A DNA stretch of 64,000 nt from Harriotta raleighana. Lineage: Eukaryota. The notes beneath the pieces were generated by a model, which had not been told where the DNA came from, did no database searches, and saw nothing but the letters and a program-made list of their open reading frames with translations. A program made the translations under genes and the position numbers. Where the stretch lies: positions 1,419,243 through 1,483,242 of the forward strand of contig JBNZDD010013568.1 in NCBI GenBank assembly GCA_050575255.1, in the 5' to 3' direction. Of this stretch, positions 62,820 to 64,000 are shown piece by piece; the stretch's first letter is position 1, and each line of letters starts with the position of its first letter.

Positions 62820-63030
62820 GATCACAAGATTGGATGAAAAAGGCCCTTTGCCCCATCTGAAGTCCACCTTCCAGATTACCCACTGCACTGTTCTCCTGTT
62901 AGAGCATTCAGCTGTTTCTTTAATGAAACCTAGCCTAAATCACAATTCCGGGACACTGGATTTCAGTTGTTAATTACCCTCAGAGAAAAGAAATAGTTCC
63001 GGTTGTCTGTCTGAAATTGCCCTTGCAACC
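62820..63030 (-). mobile_element. CR1-clade LINE 3' end
   Basis: Reverse complement of the 48295-48462 type: tcacaagattggatgaaaaaggccctttgccccatc...cagctgtttcttaa. Confidence 0.6.
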
Positions 63031-63699
63031 CTTTCACAAACACTCAGATCCCAGCGCCCGGGCCACTATCATCTTATAATGTTATTATAATTATCAATTA
63101 TACTAATTATTCTGATTATCTTCCTGGTAACTAAACCCTCCCAGTGTTCAATTGCTCCTCTGTATTGGAAATCCTTCCTGGTGTCTGTCTATGGTATCGT
63201 TTGCACAGCCCTAAACCTGGATCCTCCTGTCCTGTTTTCTTGGTGGTATCTGTTAGGTTTTTCTCTTACAGATATAACACGTGTGCAACAGACAGTTGCA
63301 CTACCTCAGGCCAAAACAATTAACCCTGACGGTGTGGACTCCATGCTAGCTGAAAGGCATCACATTGCTAATTCTGTGGAGCTTGTTAACATAAGAGATT
63401 GGTGGAGCTAACACTCTTTTGAATACAGCACAGGGCAAAGTATCAGGCTGGTACATAGCAGGAGAAATGTAATTACAGATATTAGCAGCCATCATATAAG
63501 AAACACTAGACGAAAAAATTATCTAGCTCGCCTTTCACTACTTGGCGGTTACATGCACAAATGCCCCGAACTACCTACCAACTCATAATGTTATTTCCTA
63601 AATTAAAACTCTCTAATAATAATAATAATAATAATAATCCTTGCATTTGGTATAGAGCTTTTCACGTCTGCCAGATAGATGCCTTATGTGTGTTTGAAA

Positions 63700-63952
63700 G
63701 AACCAAAACTTCTTGCTTCTCCCTAGGGAGCCTGTTCCACTCACTGAGATACTGTTTGGATAGATTCATTCTGAATTTAACCCCCCCCCTTTCAATAGCA
63801 GGCGGCGTCCTCTGATTTGACTGTTCTGGACAAGTTGAAACAGCCTGTATATGTTGTCTTGCTCTTTGGAATCTTAAAGACCGCAATCACGTCACCTCTG
63901 AATCTTCCCTCTTCCAGCATGAACATGCTAAACTTACTTAGTCGCTCCTCAA
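63700..63952 (-). mobile_element. CR1 RT C-terminal fragment
   Basis: Reverse complement encodes EERLSKFSMFMLEEGRFRGDVIAVFKIPK (CR1 'EERL..LGLFSLE.RRLRGDLI.VFKI') and EWNRLPRE. Confidence 0.75.
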
Positions 63953-64000
63953 AATGCAGTGCAGTCCATTACCTTGGAATGCAATGAAACGAAGCTGCAA

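Overview
Non-coding vertebrate genomic DNA with no recognisable host protein-coding exon, rRNA, true tRNA or CRISPR array. The repeats point to a cartilaginous fish, possibly a holocephalan such as elephant shark (inference): tRNA-headed Deu-domain SINEs with L2-type tails, L2 and CR1 LINE relics, Penelope-like pLTR fragments and non-autonomous DNA transposons. The window looks like a large intron or gene desert. Many short retroposon remnants alternate with repeat-free blocks rich in homeodomain/TALE motifs, which resemble conserved enhancers. Best signals: (1) a Penelope-like insertion with a perfect 13-bp TSD carrying an apparently intact minimal hammerhead-ribozyme core (45564-45592), plus two relatives, one with an inverted 5' segment and its own 13-bp TSD; (2) three L2-type 3' tails whose stem-loops co-vary, present as many tail-only insertions and swapped between SINE bodies; (3) a CR1 RT segment fused to an L2 tail; (4) a 304-bp hAT-type element with an exact 8-bp TSD and a dispersed palindromic MITE family; (5) several strong isolated hairpins. 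Family names come from my recollection of consensus features, and no database search was run.
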